In this document: one piece after another, positions 33,241-46,520 of the stretch
Numbering within the stretch: position 1 is the stretch's first letter
Layout: each line of letters opens with the position of its first letter
Assembly (NCBI RefSeq): GCF_964355755.1
Contig: NC_092670.1
Location: forward strand, 13,998,795 to 14,062,794
Length of the DNA stretch: 64,000 bases
Direction of reading: 5' to 3'
DNA from: Antedon mediterranea
Taxonomy: Eukaryota; Animalia; Echinodermata
The notes under the pieces: generated by a model
Told to the model about the DNA's origin: nothing
The model's input: only the letters and a program-made list of their open reading frames with translations
Databases searched by the model: none
Position numbers and translations under genes: made by a program

Positions 33241-34493
33241 CGCTAAGACGATAACGGTTTGTTGTGTTTCCAGGAAAATGACTAATCAAATAATAAAGTC
33301 ACTAGAAAAACCGATTTACAATCATTATAGAAATGTTATAATGGAATATAATTACTATACTGACTACTAATTTTCCCCCGCAAAACCCAACGTCTCAAAT
33401 TACACATCTAAATTGTATGATTTCTTTAAAAACAAATCTCGTTAGCTGGATAACCATTTGAATTTATCATTCTGTAGATAGGTCGTAACTTTCTATATAA
33501 TAAATAATAAATAATCTGAAGTTGAATGGGAAAGACAACTAAACAAAATAAAACATAAAAAATACAAATACAAAAACGTCAGTGTCTCTTTTCTGAGAAA
33601 GATATTATAAAATTGAAATATACGAATTAAGATTAGAATGATATTAAATAATAATAAATGTATAAATTTACATTTTGATATTGTGCATGGAGGATGCAAG
33701 ACGAGTATATACTCGCACAGAAATATACGAATTAAGATTAGAATAAAAATAATAAATATCTAAATTTAATTTAGATTATGATATTCTGAATTGAGGATAC
33801 AAGGCGGGTAAACTCACACAAAAGACCAACAAAAAAATCTTTTCAAATTTACAAAATTTCACCTCAATTAAAGATTACAATTTATGCGTGTATTTGGATA
33901 TTATTTAATATTAGCATTCTTGTAAATAAATCAACTGATCTCTCAATCTTTTCTTCGTTGAATGTTGAAAATTATTAATATCTTAATAATAAGCAATTTA
34001 GTATTTTCCAGATTAAAGTAACAGCGCGTATTTAACTGTAACTACCAGATTTTCTTCTTATTCTAATTTCCTCGCGTTTGGTTAAACGACTTAATCTCAA
34101 CGGTGATTTGCATAATGTAAAATACGATTCACACTAATTCTAGTGAGAGAAAAAAATTTCGGAGAAGCAGTTTTGTTTGCAGACAGAGTAATATAAATTT
34201 GATATATTGGCAAGATATACATAACGTGTCCTGTACTTAAAAGGTTACAGGTTCGAATCTCATTAACATATACAAACAAAGTGGTGATTTGCATAATGTA
34301 AAATACGAATGTAAAATCTTTTTGAGTGCAGTAAAAATTAAAAATGGTATCCGCAATATCAGCAAGAGAGATGGGAGTGGGGGAGAGAGAGTTTGGAGTT
34401 TCGACGGCCTCAGAACTACGACATAGGCCTACTACATTACAATTTTATCGGAAATCGAAAGCTGTATTATTGACTGCATAATATAATATTATA

Positions 34494-34613
34494 CTCGTCT
34501 TCAAATCAAGGGGTATGCGATTTGAATCTAACAGTATTTTATATCTATCCGTTCTCGTCTTCAAATCAAGGGGTATGCGATTTGAATCTAACAGTATTTT
34601 ATATCTATCCGTT
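34494..34613 (+). repeat. Exact 60-bp tandem duplication
   Basis: Identical adjacent 60-mers. Confidence 0.95.
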
Positions 34614-36286
34614 ACTTAATGTTCCACGTTTCCTTCATGGGAATTATTTGTTAATTGGAAAGGGGAATTTCTACAGCATACTGTAGATTCCTTACATAAA
34701 TATTTTAAATTATCATGTCATGTTGTTAATTATATTAAACACCTCAGTAAATTTACAAATAAACTTAGTATTTAACTGAAAGCCGTACTCAACCTATATT
34801 TAAGGTTTACCGTTTAATTAGGTCTTACTTTTTAACTACTTAACTCGGCACGCACGCAACTGTTGGAAATCACTAAATTATACAATAATAATGATAATAA
34901 AATAGAGGTAAATAAATAACATTCTAGGTGGTAGTAGTTGTAGTAGTATCCTTATTGTACATGATCATCCGCCAACCCCCCCCCCCCCCCCCCTCACCCA
35001 TAAAACCCTTCGTTACAATAATATTAAAATAATTTCAAATAAATTACAAATTAAAATAATATTATTAATATTGACAAATGACGAAATAAAAGGAATTAGG
35101 GTGACTCATAATAATTCGAAGAATCATAATTTCGATTATTAATTGCAATGATTAACATAAAGTGTATAATATAATTCTGTACTAACTTATATAAGGTCTA
35201 TTGTTATTGTTAATAAACAAATAACAATTAGGTTTACAATTGTGAAGGTAATAATACTAACAATTTTAGTCGAAACAGACATGCGCAGTATATCACAACA
35301 TCGTTTCTTTCTTTTTTCTGTCGGTATCCTGGTATTTCATAAAACAAATTAAATATCATTATGCTTATTAGTCAACAGATACAAGTTCCACAGGTAGGAT
35401 CATAATTATCATGTGCATATTTACAGAATGTACTGGTATTCAAATAAATACATTGAAAACAAAATTAATTCCGGGAAATCTAACGATAGAATAGAGGATT
35501 TTCCCAGGATGTTTAGAATATAGTTTTATTTATTTATTCTTACAAATGATTTAATATTTTTGGTAAAAGGATATGATTATCGTGACTATCACGGCATACG
35601 TCATCATTCAAGAATAGCATTACAAAGTGTAGGCCTATACCATAAACTTTTTTTTTCTCTATGACGGTTATATACTGTGTTATTACTACTCCACGCAATG
35701 CCTACTTTTATAGACATACAGTGCGAAGTGATGATGGTTTATGTATATAACCCACCAATCGAATAACAAAATAGGTAGTCGTTATCTCGGGACCCTTCTA
35801 TGGTCACCGCCAGGTAGGCTTACTTCATCAAGGCTTCTATGAATGGCTGACGATTTGGGAGCAGGAACGCTAGTAGACCATCACACCCATTACATTCAGA
35901 CATCATTATAAGTAGATCAGGAAGGGTTAGACTGACACAGGAAAAAATATCCACAAACCGTTTCAGATTTTCACCAATGTACATAGCATGCAATTTGTTT
36001 AACAAAAACTTTTCAGGATAGTCACTTGTATCATTTGTATTTATTTATATAGTTATCACATCGTATTATTTATTCTACTCAGGTACAAAACATATCTCGA
36101 AATTGTTAACAATTTTGACAATAAAGTTATCTTGTATCTTGTATCTTGTAGACCAAACCCAGTACCGTTTTGATTACGATCAATCGGGAAATTAGCTCAC
36201 GAGGCAATTCATAAGGTATCCCTCAAAGACATAGTCAGATATAGCTATAAAACACGGCTGTTGCGGATATATTGATCAGACACTAA

Positions 36287-36418
36287 AGCTTGGTTCCCAT
36301 TTGGACGCAAAGTAAGGACGTAAGCCAAACGTCAATTCGAATAATCCATCGCTTTGATTGGTCAATTGGCATGGGTTGCGGCTCACGTCTTTGCGTTGCG
36401 TCCTGTTGGAACCAAGCT
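36287..36418. mobile_element. MITE, AGCTTGGTTCCCA family, with TAA TSD
   Basis: TAA|AGCTTGGTTCC...GGAACCAAGCT|TAA. Confidence 0.85.
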
Positions 36419-37069
36419 TAAGACAAATTATGTTCAATATGAGAGGCAGGGATTGTAATGGAGATGTAGCTTTGTGCTTGCCTTCCAATCCCAAGGTACA
36501 TGGTTCGATCCTGATCATGGTTAGTTGTAACTCTCACGACACTTTCTACTAAAATCCTAACCTTCAAACGAGGCCTAATTTATTAACATTTTATAGTTTA
36601 TCCATCATGTATTGGAGGATTTATAGCTGTTGGACTCTGTATGCGTAATAATGAATGAAAAGTGGGTGGGGGTAGGGAGGGCTTACAACTGAGCATTTTA
36701 TGAAGGTGGTGTGTACACAATGGATGAGACACAACCTTTAAACACATAGAATCCAACAAATATGAATTGAACAAATCAGTTACATTGTGAAGATAGACAA
36801 TTTTGGCTTTAAACATTTTCCAGGGTCTTATAAAAACCATCAAAACAATGTTTTACAATGCTCTTTGTAAAAAGTCGATAACTTATGTTCGATTAAGTTA
36901 CGAATTGTTCAAATAACAAATAAAACATTGTTTTTAAATTTACCAGTAAGGAGAGTATAAACGCATTTGCAACACAGCCAAAGAATACATTATTTTCGAA
37001 CTACTACATCTGCATGTTTCTAAACAGTAATCTACAATTTAATTATAAGATTGTTTTCTATGTTCTTAC

Positions 37070-37116
37070 CAGTAAAACTCATGACGCTTTTCATATGTCG
37101 ATTGGTGGGTCGACAT
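37070..37116 (-). CDS. Candidate first coding exon of TRPC (MSTHQSTYEKRHEFYW)
   Basis: acgATG, 47 nt ending TG|gtaaga in phase 2, matching the phase-2 acceptor at 19132; locally CpG-rich. Confidence 0.4.
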
Positions 37117-37399
37117 CGTCGCGGCCGGCTCAATACCAAAACACGCCTGACATTATTAAATCCTCAGAAAAGCGGCATTATTGACGTATTTTGACAGTAG
37201 AAAGAAGCATGCATATTACATCCTGTCATCTGTTGAGTATCGGTACGACTATTGCACGTCTACTCGTAAGTACGTTCGTCAAAGTCATCATCATTAAGAA
37301 GAATCGTGGACGATACATGAGGGCGCACTGATACAACAATGGTAAATCAAGGCAACAAACACTAGATAGTATCCATATTTTAAGTCTAAAAAGGGTCAA

Positions 37400-37560
37400 T
37401 CTGGGGAAAAATTAGACACAAAAATTAGTGTTTCTCAACTGATCTGTGTCATTAATTTGGGTTCTATATATCCACCAAAAAAAAGTTCCAGCTCATCTGG
37501 CCTGGATATATAGACCTCAAATGACTCAAATCAGTTAAGAAACACTTAATTTTTCCCAGA
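37400..37560. mobile_element. Palindromic MITE-like element
   Basis: About 55-bp imperfect inverted arms (gtgtttctcaactgat...atcagttaagaaacac). Confidence 0.65.
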
Positions 37561-37960
37561 GAGAACGTGTAAAATAGGAATACTAAGAAACTGAAACACT
37601 GAGTGTAAACATAATGAAATTAGCGCCACCAAACGGTTTCTTATGATTCGATTTCAAACCCAACTAGATGTCGTATAGTAGGCCTATGTTCACCATTTAA
37701 CTTTATTGGTTCTCTAAAACAAATCATTCTTTTGAGATATGTAATTATAATCGTGATGTTCACTAGGACGGAGAGAATAATAAATTAACAAAAAATCAGT
37801 TTTAAAAATAACAATTAGAAGATTATTATTTAAAGATTTTTGGTGAAATTAACTGTTTTGTCGAATTTATAGAATGATTACCGTACGTAACGCATAACCG
37901 TATAAATAGAACGATCACCGGTGCTGGTGTACAGGGGATCGGCGTAGGCCTACGTGCGTT

Positions 37961-38250
37961 TAGCTTGGTTCTCACTAGCGATGCAACGTAAGAAAATGCC
38001 CTTCCAATCATTGTGCCTGCGTAAAATCAAACCTACGATGTTTGCAGCATTATTGCGTCGTCGGTTTCTACTTGTGATACAGCACTTTGGGCCGTCGATA
38101 CATCGCTGCGTTGCGTTCTAGTGGGAACCACGCTTTAGTTTAGTTTGGTTCCCACTAGGACGCAATAATACGAATAACTCGACAACGCTTGTGATTGGTC
38201 AAATTACTTGCATTGCACGTTACGTCCTTCATTGCGTCCTAGCGAAAATA
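37961..38250. mobile_element. Two adjacent MITEs of the AGCTTGGTTCCCA family
   Basis: TIR matches at ~37961-38135 and ~38142-38250. Confidence 0.7.
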
Positions 38251-38960
38251 AATAGCGTACGTGCCATCATTTGTAAATAAAGTATGAATTAATTATAATA
38301 ACTGTTGTCGTTAATTTTTGTCGTAGCCTACGTAATATTATCGTGAACGGACGTATAATTAGGGGAATCTTCAAAACGAATGTAGGCTTACATAGGCCTG
38401 AGTTGGTTGTTGACGAATTATGACGAAAGATAAAGTCATGTAATTAATGCTGGATCGTACTAGGCCGTGAAAGTTGCAATCACGTAAAAATAATGATGTT
38501 GAGGTGAAAGTGATTTAACTATTTTACGTTGACACAATTTTAAACACGAGGGGCTCATAAGCATCGCTTGACGAATCTCAACAAGTAACAAGATCGTCAC
38601 GGTCAATTGGAGGTTACAACAACAGCGCCATCTTTGTACGTTCTGTGATCAATTTTGACAAATACTTTGCATACTGATTAAACAATTCCTGTGCAACTGT
38701 TAGTCATGTTAAACATAAATAACCCAAATATTTCCTATCAATTTAGTATAGGTTCGAAACTGAATTTCAACTTAAATTGGTACAACTATACATGTTTGAC
38801 ACACATGGCGTTTCATACGTAAAAATATCGGCTGTCATTAATTCACTAATTTCATTTTTTGATTTAAAAGAATTTCATTTTGCAGTGTAAGGCACTATTT
38901 TGTCCTAAAATTTACAAAAAAAATGAATTTTAAATTTAACTTCCCTATCTTTTTACTTAC

Positions 38961-39007
38961 CGCGATTGTTTTCCACCGAATCTAAATGCGCATGTGTAAT
39001 TAATCAT
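38961..39007 (-). CDS. Candidate alternative first coding exon of TRPC (MINYTCAFRFGGKQSR)
   Basis: ATG followed by CG|gtaagt, phase 2. Confidence 0.3.
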
Positions 39008-41222
39008 ATTCCCAAATAAGATTGTGATTTGTAAACTTTGAACAAATAATAATAAAACTCTTCGGTTCTTGCGAATACTTGTGCCTACTAGAAAACCACC
39101 CAAAACTTAACAAACAATATTCTCCAACAATTGCTTCATTTATTTAGCTAGATATCGATCTACTTTTGTCCAAACTGATTTTGTATTTAAGACAGGACCA
39201 CAATATAAAACAGGTTTTTTTTCTTTAATTGTAATCCTGGATAAATAATTGTTGTTAAGTGAATAAATAAAATGACCCTTACCGATGGGGCTGCCACTAC
39301 CCATCCCCACGGACAAGTTAGATATTGGGAAAACATAATTAATTTAATCACACATCATTACATATGATATTCATTTGAAACATATAGGCTACAATATATT
39401 CATTTGAAAGTCTGCATGCATAAAGTACTACCCCTGATATAGCGTATAATAAACAAAGCTTAGGTCTAAAACATCAGTCATTCGAGGAACATACATTAGA
39501 CAGACGTCAAGATCCAATAAGACTCAAATCATTGAGACAGTTGCGTTTCAAGTGTGACTTGCCACAATAAATGTATAAATTGTTCTTATACATATCGTAC
39601 CGCCACCAGCTTGTGTTTTGAATATTTTCTAGGAATAGACGTAAAAAGCCGAGTAGGCCTATAGCAGTCTAACCCAGGCAAACAAGCAATGAATCAAATT
39701 TAATTAAATACAAATACTAGACTTTAGCGAAGGTGCATTTTTGTGATTAGTCGCCAATCAGATTGTTGTCTGATTTCAATCAAAGAAAACATTTAAAGAT
39801 TCTGAGCTACAGCCATAACCCACTTAAAACAAGATGTATCGATACCCGAGTGGACTGGCTAACATCCGGCCCTTGCCTGGGAGCCGAGAATGCTCGTCTG
39901 CAACGCTCCTCCCCATCCCGGCTTACACTTTTTTTGTATCTGAGCCTAGTGTGAAGGCCAGCACACGACCGGAATAATTACAGGCCTATAAAATGGTTAG
40001 GTTTTATAGTTTTACATTATCAGTATAGAAACATGTTTTTGGTTAACAAACGAAATTAATCATTTTGACGAGTCTTTGGAGTTTGGACATTTACTTCTCT
40101 GTAATAACCATACAATGTGTATGTATTAAAATAATAATTATGTATGTAACATTTCCTCTATGTTGCAACCGAGTGTACCCTAAGGTCTACTCATGACCGG
40201 AAACAAAAGTACCAACTTAAGTGTATTTCCGAATATTTTAAACATAGTGAAAAAATGTAGAAATGTGTTAAAACCTTTCAAAATCTCATCTTCTAAATAG
40301 GTGCGCCTATCATTTTCACTAAGTGAATATATTGCACAAATCAAATATCCATGAGCTCTGATTGGTTGGGCAAATAAATGTTCACGTGAAAAATATAGAA
40401 CACTTATTAACTGGGAGATAATACATCAACGTTTATGAATTGCACGAATAATTTCGACTAGATGGGAAGACAAGGTTAAGATAATAGTGACGTATACAAA
40501 CGCTTAGGAATTAATAATACATTACATGCATTTCGACTAATAACAGATATATATACATATTCTGTTTTATTAAAGTTTACATACGTTTATTTTGTCATGG
40601 ATTTACATTAATTCGATATGGGTTTAGGAAACACTCGCTAAAAAACTGAATATTAATTAGCATACATAGCTTATTCGAGGTGTATTGTAAAAATTGTTTT
40701 AAAAAATCCTCGGGGTACGGTATTAACCCTTTCATTAGATTTTAATCGACTGCAATCAGCTCTGATGACGTCATAACGGTCGTTTGTCGTTATGTAACGA
40801 TCGTCTCAGATATGGTCATGTGATGCAATTTCTGCCAATCACGTTCTTTATTTACATAAGCTACAGTATGTAATACTTACATAATATTATACTATATAAT
40901 ATCTGATGGCTTTGTTGCTTTAGTGACCCAGTTAACTCTTACGCATCATAAAATTATTATATCAGATTTATGATTTAGGGGCTAAACATACTGCATCAGT
41001 TTCGGATATGTGTAAATTTGAAAAATAAAATCCCATTTCAAGATAAATATGTAGGGCCTACGTGAATAATATTGAGAGCAATTTGCAAATTATAGCCAAG
41101 TGATTCCGAATCGGTAAAAGTGAGTAATATAGGCATATAATCACAAGAAGCGAGAGTTAAAGTAATCCATTGGTGGTGATTAGTCAAGACATGCGGTGTG
41201 CTTACTTGTACATCAAAACTAA

Positions 41223-41375
41223 AGCTTGTTTCCCACTAGCACGCAACGTAAGGGTGTAAGCCGCTACGCAAGCGAATTGACCAATCAATGGCTTATTCCA
41301 ACTCTGATTGGTCAATTGTTTTGTTGCGGCTTATAGGCCTACGTCCTTGCGTTGTATCCTAGTGAGAACCAAGCT
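41223..41375. mobile_element. MITE, AGCTTGGTTCCCA family
   Basis: TAA|AGCTTGTTTCCCACTAG...CTAGTGAGAACCAAGCT|TTA. Confidence 0.85.
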
Positions 41376-42323
41376 TTAAGACTCAACCCAAAAACGTACA
41401 CGCAAAAGGAAGTGGAAGTGCTCACGTGCTCAGGTGTACCTTCTTGCGTTGCGTATCAATGACAAGTTTAGTATAGTAGGGAATGACGGTTCGATCTTAA
41501 AAACCAATGATACTGTCCAAGTCCACCAATGTGGGGCAACCATCAGTTTGAGTAGGCCTATAGCTTTTTCCCATGACGTAGGCACAACGCAAGTGAGTTT
41601 AGACCAACCACACGCGACAGGACGTCAACATACAGTACATGCTTTTTCATATTTTATAATTCGAACTGGGCTTTTTTCTTGCTGTATTTAATCAATGCGT
41701 ATGTAAATATAGTTTACAACACCGTTTATATAAAAGTGAGGATGTTACCACTTAAGGTTATAAAGTGATGCGGGTTATATAGGCATTGCGGGTAAATAGG
41801 CATATAAATCTCATGTCTATATAACCTGCAGCCTTTCCGCTGTCTATATGTTTTATCTTATATCCAGATCAATTAAATAATGCAAACGGTTGCCAGGGTG
41901 ACCACTTAATAAGAAGTGCTCTTTATATAAGCGTCATATTACTTGACATTGTAGTGAAATCATCATTTTCATAATGGGTTGAAATAGTTTTTTTTTTGTG
42001 ATATACAAAATTGTCGGACGAGGGATACTATAAAAGCATTGTTATTTTTACAATGATGTTGATGTCAATTATAATTAGTTTTAATAATATTTTTATGAAG
42101 GCAACATTATAATATTATGCTCCCGTCACTCAAACAATAAATAGTCAGTTTTAAATAATATGATAGTTTGTTATCTATTATTTGAAATTGACATATCTGT
42201 CGTATATATTATAATACATTTTCTTATGGTGTATTTTTTGTACTTAACTAATGAATAGAGATTGATTGATGACAAATTAACACAATGTTACATATCGGAG
42301 ATTGTAAATCATGCATTCAGTAA

Positions 42324-42485
42324 ATCTCTGTCTATACTATCAAACTTTATGTTACAAAAAAATGTGATGTTCCCAAATATGGACATGATGATGTCATATC
42401 ACTAATATATTTGAGCATAATTACTACCATATTTGGCCACAATAACACTTTTTGGTCCAACTAGTTTGATATTGTAGACGGAGCT
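42324..42485. mobile_element. MITE of the same family as 55945-56151
   Basis: TIR tctgtctatactatcaaact...agtttgatattgtagacggagct; fewer internal repeats. Confidence 0.8.
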
Positions 42486-44774
42486 TTACACAGGAGATAT
42501 AGCCTATAATATACATTTATGACGAAATCTCTGTTCAATAACTACCGCATTACTATGACAGACATCTACATACGGCACCACGCTTTTTACATTAATATCT
42601 TATGACTTTAAACGTATTGTACTTTAAGGGCGAGTGTCTAATAAATCGTGTGTGATTATAAAAACGAACGTCATTCGCAATCATTTGAAAGTAAATCTCG
42701 TTCTTAATATTCGAACGAAATACAATACAGATACGTTTATTTTAAAAATGAAAATTATGAAATGGGGGCACAGGAAACCAGGAGTTTTTGTATGAAAGAG
42801 ACCTAAGATTACTCTTAAATAAATACATACATTATTAAAATTGGTTTTCAAAATAATAGTTCAAGTTTAACAGATGAAAAAATAAAGAGGAAAGAAGACA
42901 AAAAAATAGACATGATAATTATTTACAAACAAAATAAACGAAGACAAAATTGTTTAAAAAAGATTCTTATTGCTGTGTATCCTCAAATATGACAATATTT
43001 GTCAGTATTAGGCAAATTCCGTGATACAAAAGTGCATGTGTATCACATGTGATGTCTGTATCATGGAAGGTTAGGGGTTATAGGGTCGTGAAGTAAAGTC
43101 AAGTGTAATTTGTTTTATAGGCCTACATCGGAAAATCGATACAGCACTGAGAAAAGGCTAAAATTAAGATATGGAAATTACTCATCATTTTATCTTTTTT
43201 GGGGGGATGTTGAAGAGGGTGCGATTTTTCAGATTGTTCTTTCTATAGGAACACTCATTGGTGAAGTTTGGTTTGTCTCTGTCTTCTTTCCGAAATCGAT
43301 TTTTGCTTCATTTCATAGCACCAGTTTTTATAGCTTTGTCGTAAATTGTTTAATCAAAAAATTTCTCTTTAAATTCGCGTGGCTGTTTCATCGCAACGAA
43401 CCGATAAAAAACACACACGCACACAACACTTGCATTTCACGTATTGTGAATCCAATTAAATGCTAACTATCCCGGTAAAGGCTGACAAATTACATTCTGT
43501 ATAGGCCTAAATTTAATTCACAATTTCTATAAAATGAATTACAACATTGATTCTGAAAACATTATTAGTAGTAAATATTATTCCCAATTACAAGAAACGT
43601 GACTTTCAAGAGAATGTATACGATTAGAAATGTAGACCTAGGTGTAAAGAAAACAACTTATATGATTAAATTGAATATATATTATTATATCATATTTCTT
43701 TACCATTGCGTCATGAGAAAACACACGACACACGGATAACTCGAGCGTAGAAAACTGTAACAACCGTATATTTCATCATTAATCATGATTGAAAATTCGT
43801 TACGATTTCCATCAACGCGCGCGTTCAAAGTTGATGCGTGCGTTCAACACGCACGCATCAAAGTAAACATTGTCATCGGCATTTAAACGCGTGTGTAAAA
43901 ATCGATACGATTCCCATAAGCGTTTAAAACGAGCTCATCTACGTTTGAACGCTCGGATCAACGTTTGGATACGTGTCAAAGTTCATATTGACAAGAAAAT
44001 TAATCACAATTTTTTGGTATGGTTATTATTAGATGTTATATTGCCAGATACATCATTATCACTAGTTATATTCAATAATATTTACATTGTTAACAGTATC
44101 ATTATTATTATTCAAACAATATTTTAATTAGTGGTAATAATAATATATGTATCGCGATGATTGTGGTAATGTTGAGGATGATGGCGACAACGCTGATGAT
44201 TGAAACGTGAATTTCGTACATTACTCTTTATAACTCATGGTAGTGTGGCATTATGTTTACCATCATAAGAAGAAAATTAAAAACACTACACACGATACTA
44301 ATCCGTGTAAGATTGAAAATTAAAAACAACTTTAATTAATTATAATCCTGCTTCTGTATGAATAATTTAGCTTGAAAATTCCTCATTATTATTTTGTGTT
44401 TTAAAAGTCAATAACAGTAAAATTAATATATTCGAAAACAAAACAGGTTTTCGATACCATTTTATTTGACTCGATGATTTGAAATGAAATGTTCTAAACA
44501 GCTTTAACATCAATTGCTTTATTTTTCAATGTAATTATTATTTTATTAATTAATAGGGGCCAGAGGCCTAAAGTAAATAAAGTCTGGCGATAAGCCTGAA
44601 TGAATGAATGAATTGAATTGAATATTATAATTTCAAAACATTAATGAATAATGAAAATTGTATCAATAACTTGAATTTGAATACAAAAATCTCATCACGG
44701 GGTCAGCATCGATCGCTTTGGTGGAAATTAACAATATTTTTCGGCAATACAATATATAATCAGATAAACAGCTA

Positions 44775-45170
44775 GTTGAGTATTTACTTTAGTACAAACT
44801 CTTTGAGTTGAATAAGTTCTCCAACACCTTGAGTTGAGTAAATACTCCATTCCTTTGAATTGAGTAAGCACTCCAACATGTTGGGTAAGTACTCAAACTC
44901 TTTGAGTTAAGTAAGTACTCCAACATGTCGGGTAAGCACTCAGATCCTTTGAGTTGAGTAAATTGTCCAATATGTTGAGTAAGTACTCAAAAGTACCCTT
45001 TGAGAAGTAAGTACTCTGGGTAAGAAATCAAACCTTTTTACTCAATCATGTGAGACTCATTCTCTTTGAGTAAGTACTTCGATATTTGAGAATCAACTCA
45101 TTGTGAGTATTATAACATGTTGAGTTCTGAAACCAAAACTTCAACATGTACCAAAATCATTTGAGTACGT
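44775..45170. repeat. Degenerate array of the TTGAGTAAGTACTC motif
   Basis: More than ten variants of GAGTAAGTACTC interleaved with CTTTGAG/CCAACATG. Confidence 0.75.
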
Positions 45171-46450
45171 TCTCCGTTTTAACTTGGTTATACGTATCTA
45201 GTTAGACTAGTCTATTAATAATCTATTCGTATAGCTTAATCATCGGCTAGTTGTACAGTGTTTTGCAGTATTATAATGGTATTCAATTCTACTAAATTAG
45301 TAACTTGTATACAGTATGTCACCTAATACGTCGTACACAAACAACAGTGATTTGTGTAAAATTGATTTTCTGTGTAAACAGAGATTATTACCAAATTTGG
45401 TACGTGGAAATAAACGTAAACATGAAATCTTAGAAAAGCAATATTGTAATTGTAAGAAGTGGATTAAAACTCAAGTGGAAATTAGCCTATTTTAATAAGA
45501 AATCTGAAATGTTGTCAATTGTTAATTAAGGTATGACTGAAGAAGTGATATTAGTTATTAGGTTAATTTGAAACAGTATAATATTTACTATGAACATCGC
45601 TGAGTTTATTGAACCTCCCACACGTTTTGGAAAAGTAAATCCACATTTAACTTGGCTAGGTATTTGATGCCAACAACATCAATGTATACCCATTGTGAAC
45701 CCGCCCTAGTTGTGTGGTTATAGAACTAAATGTGGTAAAAACATGTGTTTCGCACAAACTAATTCCGCACAGGAATGGAAATGCGTACAGCTGCCATTAA
45801 ACGCCGGCGTTAATTCGTTCGTCCACAATGACAGGGTTGAGACAATATACCCCTATACACGAAAGATTCACTTGACTGTGAAGAGCCAGATGTGTATACT
45901 ATTTGACTTCGGTATAAGTTCTTTAATGAGAAGACTTATTCTACGACCAGAACCAATTGAACTCGTGCCGATTTCATTATAGGGCACCCCTGCCTCAACC
46001 AGTCGTCCACTCCCAATCGACTGGTTATATATCGCTACATAAAAAAAAAACGAAATTTGACGTCATGTGTTAATTCAAAAGGACAATCAATACAAGCTAC
46101 CTTACTATATTGGTGTTCATTGTAAATGGCAAAGGAGCTTATTGTTAATCTTGTTATTTATTTGAGTTTTATTGAAATTAAAAGTCAAGTCAATAGTATT
46201 TATTTTATAATGTTTTAGAACGGACTTTATAAACTAGTAATTCTGAAATGACGTCATGCTCACTGTATTAATTTAATTTTGTAAAATGTTTAAAAAAAGG
46301 GTTTTCCACCAATATAAATAAAGTTAATAATTTCTACTCAAGCATTGGTCTAGGTGAACTTTAACGTTTAAATCTTTAAAGGTAGCAATCCTGATAACTC
46401 TAAAAAAAAGTCTTTAAGAGTACTGTAGAGTTTTCATCCATCCTGACAAA

Positions 46451-46520
46451 GAATGGGAATTGAACCCGGACTCAACTTTTATTGATAGACGATCATCTTA
46501 ACCATTAAACTACAACTAGA
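46451..46520 (-). mobile_element. tRNA-derived SINE head remnant
   Basis: Minus strand TAGTTTAATGG (A box), CTATCAA loop, CCGGGTTCAATTCC (B box); resembles 9597-9670. Confidence 0.5.

Noticed and set aside
34976-34993. Poly-C/poly-G tracts (also ~2170, ~26735, ~29322) as G-quadruplex elements
   Set aside because: Simple homopolymers with no supporting context
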